Shown piece after piece: positions 12,279 to 24,170 of a DNA stretch of 64,000 bases. Each line of letters starts with the position of its first letter. Within the stretch, counting starts at the first letter, position 1. Origin of the DNA: Podarcis erhardii (Eukaryota). The notes beneath the pieces were generated by a model. It made no database searches. It was not told where the DNA came from and worked only from the letters and a program-made list of their open reading frames with translations. Location: the NCBI GenBank assembly GCA_964252035.1, contig OZ176208.1; one strand, written 5' to 3'. A program made the translations under genes and the position numbers.

Positions 12279-12538
12279 CTAAAAAAGAAAGGGTACATAG
12301 GCTTTCCGACACTTTGGATAGTGTTTGAAGTTGCTCAGGTAATATTCATGGCACAAAACGGCACTCACTGCCTGGCTAAAGAACACATAAGTCACAACTA
12401 GCCACCACGTTAAATTGTTAAACCCAAACATGACGGCCATCGACAGGTATATTAGAAGTTCGGCAAAGTAATGCGGACAGGACACAAACTCAAACCAGTC
12501 GCCGAAAGGAATACTGTGGTCCAAATTTAGTACTTTCC
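12279..12538 (-). CDS. SRD5A3: SRD5A3 exon 5 (last coding exon, 260 nt including TAG)
   Basis: Acceptor tttcag|GG; translates [86 protein letters not shown], matching human ...[22 protein letters not shown]...KAFLPFLF. Confidence 0.97.
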
Positions 12539-12753
12539 CTGAAATAGCAAAAAGTAAACAGGTGTTAGCCTTGTCTAGCTGAGGAATAATGTTGAAATAC
12601 ATCCCATTTTCACCAGCACTGATCTAATTTGTGGGTATTAGTGTTGTGGGGAAAGCAACAATACTTGCAAGATTATGGATGTGCAAGGTATTGTAACGTT
12701 TTTTTACCTGCAGGAGCAAAAGCTAGACTAGAACAAACAGCAAAATATCTTAC

Positions 12754-12876
12754 CTGATTTATTTTTTCTAAGATTAGCTAGAATCACATGACATCTATGT
12801 TGATGAACAGAGGCCCAAATGAACATCAAGACTCCAAGGACGTGGTACCAGCAGACAGTCAGTCTGTGATCTTTCC
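12754..12876 (-). CDS. SRD5A3: SRD5A3 exon 4 (123 nt, phase 1-1)
   Basis: attcag|GG AAA GAT...AAA TCA G|gtaaga; translates KDHRLTVCWYHVLGVLMFIWASVHQHRCHVILANLRKNKS (human [35 protein letters not shown]). Absent from the supplied ORF track. Confidence 0.95.
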
Positions 12877-13802
12877 CTGAATTATGCAGAAAGAGGGTAT
12901 GTTTAGATGCTAAAAGAATCAGAATCTATATTTCTTCTAGCAGCTAGCTCAGGCGTTTCTCTCAATTGCATGTCTCATCTTGGATGACCCTCTTAATACC
13001 ATGTTCAAGATACAGGAGTCTCAAATTCTTCTCTACAGTCCTTATTCTAAAGATCTGGCATAAAGTCATGCTTATAGTTTCTATGATATCCCCTACTAAC
13101 ATAAGAGGCAAAAAATTAAGTAGTGTTTGAGCTAGGAGAGCTGGCAAATCAACACATAAAGCAGGAATGAGGAACCTGTGACCCTCCAGATATTTCCACC
13201 AGGTCCAGTCATCATGGCCAATGGTCAGACATGATGGAAGCTGCAGTCCTCCTGGTTCCCCAACCCTGATTTAAAGGAACATTGCACAGAAGTGAAATAA
13301 ATTATGGCATATTTCTATAGATCTGATAACTAATGGGGGAATTTTTCATAAAAGCAAATGAATTTAATAAAGCAACAACTTATAGACACTTACAGCAAAT
13401 TTAATATGCTGTACTTCTGTGATTCATCAACAGGAACTAGTTTAAAATCCCAGCTCTGCAGTATGTACTATCCCAGAACTCACACAGGCAACAGAAATAT
13501 CTCTGTCCCTGCCTGCTCCCAATTCTGTTTGATTTAATTCCCCCCCCCCCCCACAAAAAAAGAGCTAAAGGCATTTTACTTTGGTCTACAATAAGGGAAA
13601 CAAATATTTATAAAAACACTTATGGCATAAATTTGCACAAAACTACATGCAAGTATGTGCCACAAAGTTCTACTTCAGTAACTATTTCAATCCAGTCTGC
13701 AAAAGAGTTCTGCGTAAACTAAAAGCTCACATTCTGATTTGTGAACAGAAGCTTGCCCTAGTAAATGCATTCTTTATTATCCTTGTAATTATGTTTGACC
13801 TG

Positions 13803-14186
13803 CGCCGAAGAATTGATGCTTTTGAATTATGGTGCTGGAGGAGACTCTTCAGAGTCCCATGGACTGCAAAACCTATCAATTCTTAAGGAAATCAGCCCTG
13901 AGTGGTCACTGGAAGGACAGATCGGGAAGCTGAGGCTCCAATACTTTGGCCACCTCATGAGAAGAGAAGACTCCCTAGAAAAGACCCTGATGTTGGGAAA
14001 GATGGAGGGCACAAGGAGAAGGGGACGACAGAGGACGAGATGGTTGGACAGTGTTCTTGAAGCTACAAACATGAGTTTGACCAAACTGCGGGAGGCAGTG
14101 GAAGACAGGAGTGCCTGGCGTGCTCTGGTCCATGGGGTCATGGAGAGTCGGACACGACTAAACGACTAAACAACAACAACAACAAC
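13803..14186 (+). mobile_element. 5'-truncated BovB LINE in SRD5A3 intron 3, antisense to the gene
   Basis: BovB 3' end with (CAA)n tail; 12-bp TSD ATGTTTGACCTG at 13791-13802 and 14187-14198. Confidence 0.95.
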
Positions 14187-14590
14187 ATGTTTGACCTGTG
14201 CTTTCCTACATTGAACAAGTCTCTGCATTGCTAGTATTGGGGAACTAAAAGAAATGGACACCTCAAATTTTAAGGTGAAAAGATACTTATCTCTAATCTA
14301 GACCTATATTAAAAAAACTGAATAAAAATACTTCTGGGGTGGTTTTTCAATGGCAAGCTACATCCCAATGTATCTCAGAGTAAGATGTCCCCAAACCAGA
14401 TCAAGGATTTGATGTTAGGAGTAGTTTGTTACTATGGTTTTCATTTGAAAAAAGGGGGCATTTTAAAATTCTTATAAGTTGATAGCTTTCTATACTCTTA
14501 TGTTCCATTTTGCTGTGTGTTGACCAGGCTTTAGCCCATGAAAAACAAAGAAGCATTATATAAGATACTGATGCTAAATAAGAGACTTAC

Positions 14591-14785
14591 CTTCCTGGAC
14601 ATTGGTTGGCACTTGACATAACAGAGTTAAGCCCAGCAGAACATAGTAACAGAGTCCAAAGCAGTACTGTACAATATGGATGACACCTCCTGAGAACACA
14701 CTGATGTGAAGACACTCTTTTAGCCGTCTACAGCTGTTTAACCAGACAAAGAGGCAAACCAGGAAAACAGACAGGGACTCACCAC
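14591..14785 (-). CDS. SRD5A3: SRD5A3 exon 3 (195 nt, phase 1-1)
   Basis: tctag|GT GGT GAG...GAA G|gtaagt; translates [64 protein letters not shown] (human [31 protein letters not shown]...). Confidence 0.96.
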
Positions 14786-15881
14786 CTAGAAATCCAACAC
14801 AGGTTACGGTGTAAAACAACTGCTCTTTTCGCCAGACATGTCAGATTCTCATTAAAAGGCAGACGAACAGCAGGAGCAAAAGAGAAAGTAAATGCTTGCA
14901 AAAACAAGAACTCAGACACATTGCATTATATTCGCATGCAGAATTCCAAGAACTTAGCAATATCGGTAGAACCATTATTGCATCAGGCACTTTCAAAACT
15001 GTTCATTTACTTTATGAATAATCTGGCTCATCTCATCAGGGCAGCGAATAATGTATTTCATCATAATTGCAAAACATCCACCTACTATGAGATTCAAGTG
15101 CAAGGCTGCTCATCTGAATGATCTAGGTGGCGAATTTCTTGCCTGTGAAAAGCTAATGTGTCTGATACAAGGGTCCCACCCTAGCCATTTTTCAGACATG
15201 CAAGGATTTTCTCTTTTACATGAAGGAACATTCAAACAAAAAAATGCTCCACCTGCATTCTCAAGTGGTACACTTGCAGAAGAACCCAAACCCTGAAATG
15301 TGTGCTCAAGGGAAACTTGCATCTGTAAATGACAGGGGAAAGTAAAGGAAGTCGTTCTACTGCCAGTGGTGCAACTGTGAAGATATGTTAAAAAATTATA
15401 GCATGCACTGATATACATGTTCAGGGGAAATAGTTTTGAGTTTTAAGACACTGTTTAAGTGGAGCAGATAGAGACCTGAGGAAAGGATCCCACAAGAAGA
15501 AAACAGCCTTATATGATGACCTCTGTTGGGAGGGCGTATGGGGAACTGTGACCCTGTTAATTCTCCTCAACCTCTTCATGTGCCACCCCCCTCCACGAAG
15601 GTCTGAAGGGTGGCAACACGAGAATGGGCCTGTTCTGCAATGGCTCCCTGCTTGTGGAATGTTCTCCCCAGGGAAGCTTGTCCAGCACCTTCATTTCATA
15701 TCTTTAGGAACCAGCCAAAAATGTTTCTCTATAACCAGGCCTTTGGCTGATTAAATATTCTATGGCCTTTGAAATATGTGTGTGTGTGCGCTACTGCTTT
15801 GTTTTTATTTATTTATTTTAATGTAGTTTGCGTTCTCATTTTGTCTTTTTAGGTTGTGAACCGCCCTGCGATCTTTGGATA

Positions 15882-16096
15882 CAGTGGTACCTCGGGTTAC
15901 AGACGCTTCAGGTTACAGATTCCGCTAACCCAGAAATAGTACCTCGGGTTAAGAACTTTGCTTCAGGATGAGAACAGAAATCGCGTGGCGGCAACAGGAG
16001 GCCCCATTAGCTAAAGTGGTGTCTCAGGTTAAGAACAGTTTCAGGTTAAGAACGGACCTCCAGAACGAATTAAGTTCTTAACCCGAGGTACCACTG
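15882..16096. mobile_element. Tc1/mariner-type MITE, family A, in SRD5A3 intron 2
   Basis: CAGTGGTACCTCGGGTTA terminal inverted repeats and TA TSD; 45 nt from the exon 2 boundary. Confidence 0.9.
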
Positions 16097-16141
16097 TATA
16101 CAAATTTAATAAATAAATAAAATTCTCAGGAGTCAACACAC

Positions 16142-16293
16142 CTCCATCTTGGTCCTGCGATACTCCATCAAGAATGCTGAGGAAGTCCTGAAGCCAAATA
16201 GGGAAGGGCTTTGACAGAAGGTGGCTTTGGAGAAGCAACAGCAGCACGGAACCGTTCCAGATCACCGACACAACATAGAAGTGGTAGAACCAC
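16142..16293 (-). CDS. SRD5A3: SRD5A3 exon 2 (152 nt, phase 2-1)
   Basis: ctacag|G TGG TTC TAC CAC TTC TAT...GAT GGA G|gtgtgt; translates WFYHFYVVSVIWNGSVLLLLLQSHLLSKPFPIWLQDFLSILDGVSQDQDG (human YFSHFYIISVLWNGFLLW...). The donor was chosen to keep frame with exon 3. Confidence 0.9.
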
Positions 16294-16351
16294 CTGTAGA
16301 AGGAAGCACTGACAGTTTACTGTTTTATTCCATACAACCACATTCCCTATA

Positions 16352-16697
16352 CAGTGGTGCCTCGCAAGACGAAAAGAATCCGTTCCGCAATTCTCTTCGT
16401 CTAGCGGTTTTTTCGTCTTGCGAAGCAAGCCCACTGACAGCTTAGCGGATTAGCGCTATTAGCGGTCTAGCGGCTTTTAGCGATCAGCTGAGAAGCGGCT
16501 TATCAGCGGATCAGCTGAGAAGCGGCTTAGCGCTTAGGAAAAGGGCGAAAAAAACCCGCGGGAACTCACAAGATTTTTTCGTCTTGCGAAGCAACCCCAT
16601 AGACAAATTCGTTTAGCGAAGCGCCTCCAAAACGGAAAACCCTTTCGTCTAGCGGGTTTTCCGTCTTGCGAGGCGTTCGTCTTGCGGGGCACCACTG
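16352..16697. mobile_element. Tc1/mariner (pogo/Tigger-like) MITE, family B, in SRD5A3 intron 1
   Basis: Ends CAGTGGTGCCTCGCAAGACGAA...TTCGTCTTGCGGGGCACCACTG with TA TSD; internal repeats of gcggatcagctgagaagcggctt; related copy at 30730. Confidence 0.9.
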
Positions 16698-17153
16698 TAT
16701 TCTAACCTTCTGTTGCCTTTCCTTCATTTGCCATGGGCGACTCACAAAAATATTTTACCCAATACTCCCTTCCTTCCTTCACTAAACTGCCAGGGTAATA
16801 TGTTCATTACCATCTCAAGTAGCAACTTTCAAAACATCTTTTTGTCATGTTTATTGGCTTTGCCCATTTAACAATAGGAAGCCACGGCACCCACCCAGCC
16901 TAGAATTAATGTTTTAGTTCATGCCTTAATTTCAGAGAGAATGAGATTGGCAAGACCATATACTGAATTGAATGACTATTTCTGGAACAACAGCAGACTC
17001 AAAACATAATTTTAAGTTCGTCCACATTGCTTGGAATGATGCCTTAGATTTTTTTTTCATTATTCTGCTGAATAAGAAATTACAATTCCGATTTTGTTCA
17101 TTTTGTCTAAAACATACTGCATGGGCTGCAACCATATGCATCTTACTCAGGAA

Positions 17154-17929
17154 CAGGGTGGATAAAAATAAATGATTTCAAAATTATTATTTTTTAAAAA
17201 TGGATTAAAATAAATAAATTGGATTTTTAAATATTTAAATTGGATATTTAAAATAAAATGCTTTTGGAGGAAAAGTCTTTCTAAAGATAGTTCTCTATTT
17301 AAGTTACATTATAGTCCAAAGGCTATTCATCAGGAAATAAGGATTTGTTTTAAGTTTTTCATGTGTGCTAAACTCTGTGTAAGGTATTTTTTTTAAAAAA
17401 AAATATTGTAGCACATCAGTTAACAAACATGGATGCATATGCTATGTTATTGTTTTAGTAAAATAGTTTAAATTGTTATTAAGGAAATGATTTTTTCTCT
17501 CCTTTCAGTAAAGTACAGCAGAAAAGTTGTCCAAATATAAATAGTTAACTCATTAAACCCCATCATTTAATAATTATCTATGTATCTCTAATAGTACTGT
17601 ATAACCAAATCAGTAATTTTTGATATAACTGTAAAAACTACTCTGAAAAATTATCATTCCAAAAACGAAACTTTCATCTGGTTGTAAACAGTAAGATTAT
17701 ACCAGGAAAAAAATGAGTCTTTCTGTTAAAAAAAATGATTTAAATCAAGTCTTACTGACTAGTGCTTTATTTTATATATTTTTTCAATTTTTTTAATTGA
17801 TTTTCCAAAATTTTTAAACAAACAAACATACATCTTAACTGTACTTAATCCAATCTTAGTAACACTGTTAAGTGACTTCCTCACTGATTAGTGGTTTAAA
17901 CCGATTTGATGTAAATCAAATCCACCCTG
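17154..17929. mobile_element. AT-rich non-autonomous hAT-like element in SRD5A3 intron 1
   Basis: Termini CAGGGTGGAT...ATCCACCCTG; degenerate 8-bp TSD CTCAGGAA / CTCCGGCA. Confidence 0.7.
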
Positions 17930-17933
17930 CTCC

Positions 17934-17995
17934 GGCATTGCAGGGGGGCCGGACTAGATGGCCCTCGGGTTCCCCTTCCAGCTCTACAATGCCAT
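17934..17995 (+). mobile_element. CR1-type 3' tail of a SINE
   Basis: gcattgcaggggggccggactagatggccctcgggttccccttccagctctac resembles the CR1-derived SINE tails at 34270-34334 and 62481-62550. Confidence 0.55.
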
Positions 17996-18069
17996 GCGTC
18001 TCATCAGGCACTCTGCACATGCCCAGGAACACTGCATTGACCCCCGATTCATAGGGTCGCTTCGGTCAC

Positions 18070-18269
18070 CTCTTGGGCACGTCGAAGACCTGCAGCTGGG
18101 GCGGGCGCGGCTGGCAGCCGCTCTTGGTCTTGCCGTAGCGGAGGAGATCCTGGAAGACCGCCGCCAGGCTGAGCGAGGGGCGCCCGGGAGGGGGCTTCAG
18201 CCGAGGCAGCCGCAGAGCCAGCAGCGCCGCTAGGAAACTGGCGGCCAGCACCAGCCACAGCTCAGCCAT
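18070..18269 (-). CDS. SRD5A3: SRD5A3 exon 1 (200 nt). Full CDS join(18269..18070,16293..16142,14785..14591,12876..12754,12538..12279) = 930 nt, 309 aa
   Basis: MAELWLVLAASFLAALLALRLPRLKPPPGRPSLSLAAVFQDLLRYGKTKSGCQPRPPQLQVFDVPK-R with donor AG|gtgacc. FQDL.RYGKTK and FDVPKR are SRD5A3 hallmarks. An in-frame stop upstream supports this ATG, and all five exons splice in frame. Confidence 0.96.
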
Positions 18270-18700
18270 CTCTCCAGCAACTGCGCAGCCGCAAAAGCTG
18301 TTTTAAAAAACCCTCACACTTCCTTATTCGTTCCCTCCCGTCACATGGTGCGTTTTTTTTTTTTTTAAAGGACCGGCACCAATCAGCTATTGCCCCTCCG
18401 CCAGCCAATAGAAATGAGGGGTGTTCGTCACCTCAAAGACTACATAACTGCCAAATCATCCATTGGGCCCGCCTCTGAAAGCTTTACATTCGCTATTTGT
18501 TTCGCCATTCGGCTTTTAATTGGCGTTCCCATTTGTCACTTAAGGTTCCGGCCGCTCAGCTCATAGAGATAAGTAAAAGTGAAGAGCGGCGTAAGCTGTT
18601 TCCCGTATTTTGAGTGTTTGTGCGCCCGGTGAGAGCAGGATTATTCCGTCTTCATTAAAGTTTGCTTATTTTTAAAAATATTTCAACCCGAGGAAGGAAA
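18270..18700 (-). promoter_or_regulatory. CpG-island promoter of SRD5A3 with four CCAAT boxes
   Basis: CCAAT at 18379-18383 and 18405-18409, ATTGG at 18462-18466 and 18519-18523, E-box GTCACATGG at 18340-18348; no TATA box. Confidence 0.75.
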
Positions 18701-18861
18701 AAGCAACCAACAGCTTACAAAGAGAGCCGGGAAGGTGCCCTCCATCCTTATTTATTTAACCAGACGGCACCTCTTACCTGGTTTACAAGAAGTATCAACA
18801 TTATAAATAAAATCAACGTTTAAAATCAGCATCAACTAACAAGAGATTGAAATGAGTTTCT

Positions 18862-18908
18862 GGATAGCCGCCCAGAGTAGCTGGGGAATCCCAGCCAGAT
18901 GGGCGGGG

Positions 18909-18953
<45 letters not shown>

Positions 18954-18954
18954 T
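18862..18954 (+). mobile_element. L2-type 3' tail ending in a (TAA)n microsatellite
   Basis: gccgcccagagtagctgggg...agatgggcggggtat(aat)n, the same tail seen at 20572-20660, 23600-23712 and 31950-32030. Confidence 0.7.
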
Positions 18955-20571
18955 AGGTTTGCTCAGAAGAAAACGATTTCAGCAGCTGCCAGAAAGAATA
19001 CAGGGAAGGGACCTGCTGGTGTTAATAGGCAGGGAGTTCAAAAGTGTAGGCAGTGCCACGCTAAAGCAAACAAACAAAAACAAACTTTTTTTTCTAAGCG
19101 TAGAACAAGTATTGTGTGCCAGTTCCACAGACTGGTCAAGCAGACCACTCTCCAATCCTACTTTCTGTACTCTGCCCCATAAGTATGATCTATGGGGTAA
19201 GGCACGTGATCCCACATGTTAAATGGATTCCAAGCCACTAAAAGATTTTATGTACCAATAGTAACCTTGAACCTGGCCCCATAACGAATTGACAGCCAGT
19301 GGCGGATCTCTTGAGCACAGGTGTCCTGTGCTGAATGGTCTCAGCCACTGTGATTCTGCATTAGCTGCAGCTTCCAAATCAAGCACAAGGGAAAGCCCCA
19401 GACGAAGTGCATTGCAACAATCTATCCTTCAAAACCCCTACCCATGTTTCTTTACATTTTGCCGGATTGCAACCTGCACTTTAAGTCTTTGTTTTGTAAG
19501 GAATGTGTTTGGAAAAATCAATATTCCTGAGAAGATGGACTATTCCGATCCGCCAGCATTCAATGAGTGGTTCCTGTGCATCTCACATTGTTTTAAATGA
19601 GCCCACTTTCCTTCAGCCTCAAAAGGGAAGTGCTAATAAGTGATAACATTGCATGTGGTATAGACACCTTTTCTTGAGACAGTCCTTGCGGCTGAGATGA
19701 ATGGCGCTTGCAATAATGTACGCTAAAAACAAGTCTTGTTCTGTTGTATGGTGATGCATAAATGACACTACACATTATGCCTCACCACTAGATGGTACCA
19801 AATCCCTGTATTTGAATTTTAAAAGGGAGCTAGTATCTCATAGAGTTTGAGAAATAATTTATTGGTATCTGTTTTCTGGAGTCTAGTTGCTGTGGACTTT
19901 AATTTGATCAGATGATTGGTACAAGCAGTCCTTTGATGGGGCTCATCCATACTTCCTTTTGTTTCTAGGCACAAGTCTGAGCTTTAAAGCTCCGTGTCTG
20001 AACGGTTTTATTTTTCCCCAGGAAAACCTGTGTTTCACTGTTGAATCAGAGCAAACAGCAGGTGGGTTTTCCATGGATGGCTGTCTGCTCCAATTCAGTG
20101 GTAAAACACAGGTTTTTGCAGGGAAAGCACTAGGATAAAAAGAAAAGAAAAACCTTGTGTGGACATGGAGCTTGAAAGTGTGGACTCGTGCCTGAAATGC
20201 ACGGTGCAAAAGGAAGTTTAGGTGAACTTGTGCATTGATTCATCATTAAACACCATAAAATATACTGTTGGCTAAATATTGTTTTAAAACCTTTACTAAA
20301 AACTTTATAGTAGCACAGTCCTCTAAAATACTCTGGCTGGGATCCAAAGAGCCAGTTTGAGCATGACCAATGCAATTTTTAAACTATTTCCCCTGTAAAC
20401 AAGAGATGTCCAGGCATTTGACAAACTGCTTTTGAAACTCTTTTCAATGTCAAATGCGTTTTTCTGTGTGTGACATTGAAGGAGGGGGACTGCTGCTCAA
20501 TATAAAAGCCCCCATAGCAACCTTTGCCAACCAGATGCTCTCCAGATGTCTTGGACTACAATTCACATTTG

Positions 20572-20885
20572 CCTAACAACAACTACAACTACAACAACCA
20601 TTTATTTATTATATAATGCCCATCTGACTGGGTTGCCCCAGGCACTCTGGGAGGCTTTCAGTAAACCACAGTAAAGCATCAAACATTAAAAACTTCCCTA
20701 AACAGGGCTGTTTTCAAATGTCTTCTAAAAGTCAGATAGTTGTTTATTTCCTTGACCTCTGATGGGAGGGCATTCCACAGGGCAGGCGCCACTACCAAGA
20801 AGCCCCAATGCCTGGTTCCCTGTAGCCCCACTTCTCGCAGTGAGGGAACCGCCAAAAGGCCCTCGGAGCTGGACCTCAGTGTCCG
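20572..20885 (-). mobile_element. L2 LINE 3' fragment
   Basis: ORF 20679-20972 (TLRSSSEGLLAVPSLREV...APALWNALPSEVKEINNYLTFRRHLKTALF) is near-identical in style to 40980-41180. Confidence 0.85.
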
Positions 20886-22394
20886 GGTGAATGATGTGGG
20901 TGGTGAGGCTCCTTCTCGTATACAGAACTGAAATTCTGTGAGGGAAGAAAAACTATGTTGCTCTTCTCCCAATATTTATTTAATAATTTCTTACATTTTT
21001 CTTGTAGTTGCTGTAGAAGGAAAACCTGTGTTGTTATCAGTAGGTCAATGGATCGGGAATTTATTTTTTACAACTAGCTTTAAATTATGCAGATTACAGA
21101 GGGCAACTATCTCCCCTTCCGTTACTAATAGCAGTGGAGGTGGAAGGAAGGTAATTGCAGAAACCTCAAGGGGAGATAGCATTAGCCCCTTGCCCCCAAG
21201 CACCCCAGCCAATGCAATTCCTTCCCCCGCTGTTGCAATAAATCTTGACTGCTTTCAAGTTTATATCCAGAATAAAACATAGAGTGATCCAATCATGGGT
21301 CTCATTCCCACCATCAGTTCTAGCTTGGACCACAGTATGAGTCCTTTGGTACTTTACAGATTAACACTGCATCCTAAATTTATGCAGAGAACCTTTAGTG
21401 GAAAAGGGAATTAAATTCTAGCCTGTGGCTTCTTTCCTTGCAGTGCTAGCAGAGACTAAGGATCAAATTAGACATGGTGTTAAAAACTTGCAGGTTTTAA
21501 AAATGCAAATTGCATGGAGGTATAGGATGACAAATGGGATCAGAGCAGGCATGGAGTTAAATTCCCTCTCAATGCCTTCTCTGATCTTATTAATTATAAT
21601 CCCACCCACCTGATGCAATTCCTTTTTTTTTAAAAAAAACAACCCCTGCATTTTAGATCCTAAGATGTATTCAGCAGCCTACGTCCTTGTTGTGGCAAGT
21701 AGCTAGTTTTGGCCTTAGAGTGTCAGGTTGAGTGGTAGTGGGACAAATCCAGTCTTGTTTTCACAGTGACCCTTTGGCAAGTCTATAAGTTACTCCTTTT
21801 CCCTACATACTCACATTTTTACACATACACACCAGTGCATTTGGATCTCCCAAGCACAATTACACAACTGTTTAAAGATATATGTATATACACAAATTTG
21901 TGTGACCACACGTTTATGTATTTACTGTCAGAAACACTCCTTTAACTCTCATGTGAAAGTTGGAGCTGCCATAAGGAGGAGATGTTTAGCTTAGGGATTC
22001 AGAGCACAACTTGATTTATACAGGGAGAGGTGCTGCTCCATTGTGCTGTTATTCTGCTATCAAAATCCACTGACAATACTGACAGAACATCTAGCGACAA
22101 CAACCTAACTCTTTGATTCCTCCTACTTTAAAATTCTGTCTAGAAAGGAGAAGTCTCTGATAAGGGCAGCAGTTCATACACAGAACTGTAAACCTTGTGA
22201 ACTTATCAGCTAGATGCATATGATCCTGCTAATCTTTTTGTGAAATACGGAGAGGCACCAAAAATGTCACTTTCTCCACAAGATGTTGCAATCACTCACA
22301 AAGTCCTTAATTGCATAACCCACCCTTGGCCCCTCTCTGCATATCAGTATGCTTAGTTTTAGCAGCAACAAAAAACTCGATTATGGATCTTTCC

Positions 22395-22530
22395 CAGTGC
22401 TATTTTTCTAGGGAAAAAGGTGCTGGAACGCACCATAAACACCCTGTTTGTTCACTTATAATGGCAATTGCACTCACCTGAGAGGTGCCGGAACTGAGTT
22501 CTGGTGAGTTCTGTCTAAAAAAAAGCCCCT
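22395..22530. mobile_element. Short hAT-like MITE
   Basis: Ends CAGTGCTATTTTT / AAAAAAGCCC(C)T; an inverted copy of the family lies at 42466-42594; approximate 8-bp TSD atctttcc / atcttcca. Confidence 0.6.
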
Positions 22531-22884
22531 ATCTTCCAAATATTTTTCTACAGTTATTGCAGTAAATACTCAGTTTGTCATTCATACATGACATGGATCT
22601 AGACATCTTCCACCAAAGACTATCTTCTGTTGTATGAGTATCTTATTTTCTCAGCACCAAATGAATTTTTTTCTTGCTGGGAGCTTATCAACGGGATTCC
22701 TTTTACTTTGTGTGACCTCTGCCCTGGACACTCAAAAATGACAGTATCTGGTCTTCACAGAATATACAGGGGGAGGAGTGCTAGGGAACTTGCTGCTAAG
22801 AAGGTGGCTTGCTTCAAGTTGATACCTTTGTTGCTGTTTGTGTTTGACAAAGAGAAAAAAAGAGCAAGTACCTTTCCTTCCAGA

Positions 22885-23248
22885 GGGATGCGGGTGGCGC
22901 TGTGGGTTAAACCACAGAGCCTAGGACTTGCCGATCAGAAGGTCGGCAGTTCGAATCCCTGCGATGGGGTGAGCTCCCATTGCTCAGTCCCTGCTCCTGC
23001 CAACCTAGCAGTTCAAAAGCACGTCAAAGTGCAAGTAGATAAATAGGTACTGCTCTGGCGGGAAGGTAAATGGTGTTTCTGGTTCGCTGCTCTGGTTCGC
23101 CAGAAGTGGCTTAGTCATGCTGGCCACATGACCCGGAAGCTGTACGCCAGCTCCCTCGGCCAATAAAGCAAGATGAACGCCACAACCCCAGAATCGGCCA
23201 CGACTGGACCTAATGGTCAGGGGTCCCTTTACCTTTACCTTTTTACCT
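22885..23248 (+). mobile_element. Sauria SINE (tRNA-derived), full length
   Basis: Head gggatgcgggtggcgctgtgg with B box gttcgaatccc, conserved core gtgcaagtagataaatagg and (ACCTTT)n tail. Confidence 0.9.
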
Positions 23249-23668
23249 TTCCTTCCCCAAAACTGCATTTCCTAGAGGTGTGAATGAACAGCTTTGCCCA
23301 ATTTGTTTCTACTGTCAAACACTTAAGAGCCACACTAGATGTAACATGAGGAAGATCTATAATTATATTTCCTGGAAAATTTCCCTTAGTTAAAAGCTGG
23401 TGAGAGGCAAGTAAGGGGGATAAATGATAGAGGTATATGAAATTATGCAGAAACTGTATGGGGAGAATCTCCCTCCCTCTCTCATAATACTAGAACTCAG
23501 AGCCATCCATTCAAGCTGAATGTAGTGCCTGTCTTTTTACCCATCTCCTTTAGCAACTATAAGCAACTCAGAGAGGTACTTCAAGACAGAGGAAAGTGTG
23601 TGTGAGCCACTCAGAGTGCCTGGGAAAACCCAGCTAGATGGGTGGGATATAAATAATAAATGGGTGGG

Positions 23669-23712
<44 letters not shown>

Positions 23713-23801
23713 TTGTATGTGTAAGAATGATTTAATCTTCATGTACACTAACTTGAAACCTATTCACACCTTCCCTTTATGTCCTGGGGAAAGGGAGAGA
23801 A

Positions 23802-24170
23802 GGGGTGGTGCTGTGGTCTGAGCCTCTTGGGCTTGCTGATCAGAAGGTCGGCAGTTCAAATCCGTGTGACAGGGTGAGCTCCCATTGCTCTGTCCCAGCT
23901 TCTGCCAACCTAGCAGTCCGAAATCATGCCAGTGCAAGTAGATAAATAGGTACCACTGCGGTGGGAAGGTAAACGGTATTTTTGTATGCTCTGGCTTCCG
24001 TCTTGGTGTTCCATTGCACCAGAAGCGGTTTAGTCATGCTGGCCACTTGACCCAGAAAGCTGTCTGTGGACAAACACCGGCTCCCTCGGCATGAAAGCGA
24101 GATGAGTGCCCCATAGTCGCCTTTGTCTGGACTTAACCGTCTAGGGATCCTTTACCTTTACCTTTACCCT
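23802..24170 (+). mobile_element. Sauria SINE, second subfamily
   Basis: Same head, core and (ACCTTT)n tail, with the longer ggtttcc...cagaagcggtttagtcatgc internal segment. Confidence 0.9.
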
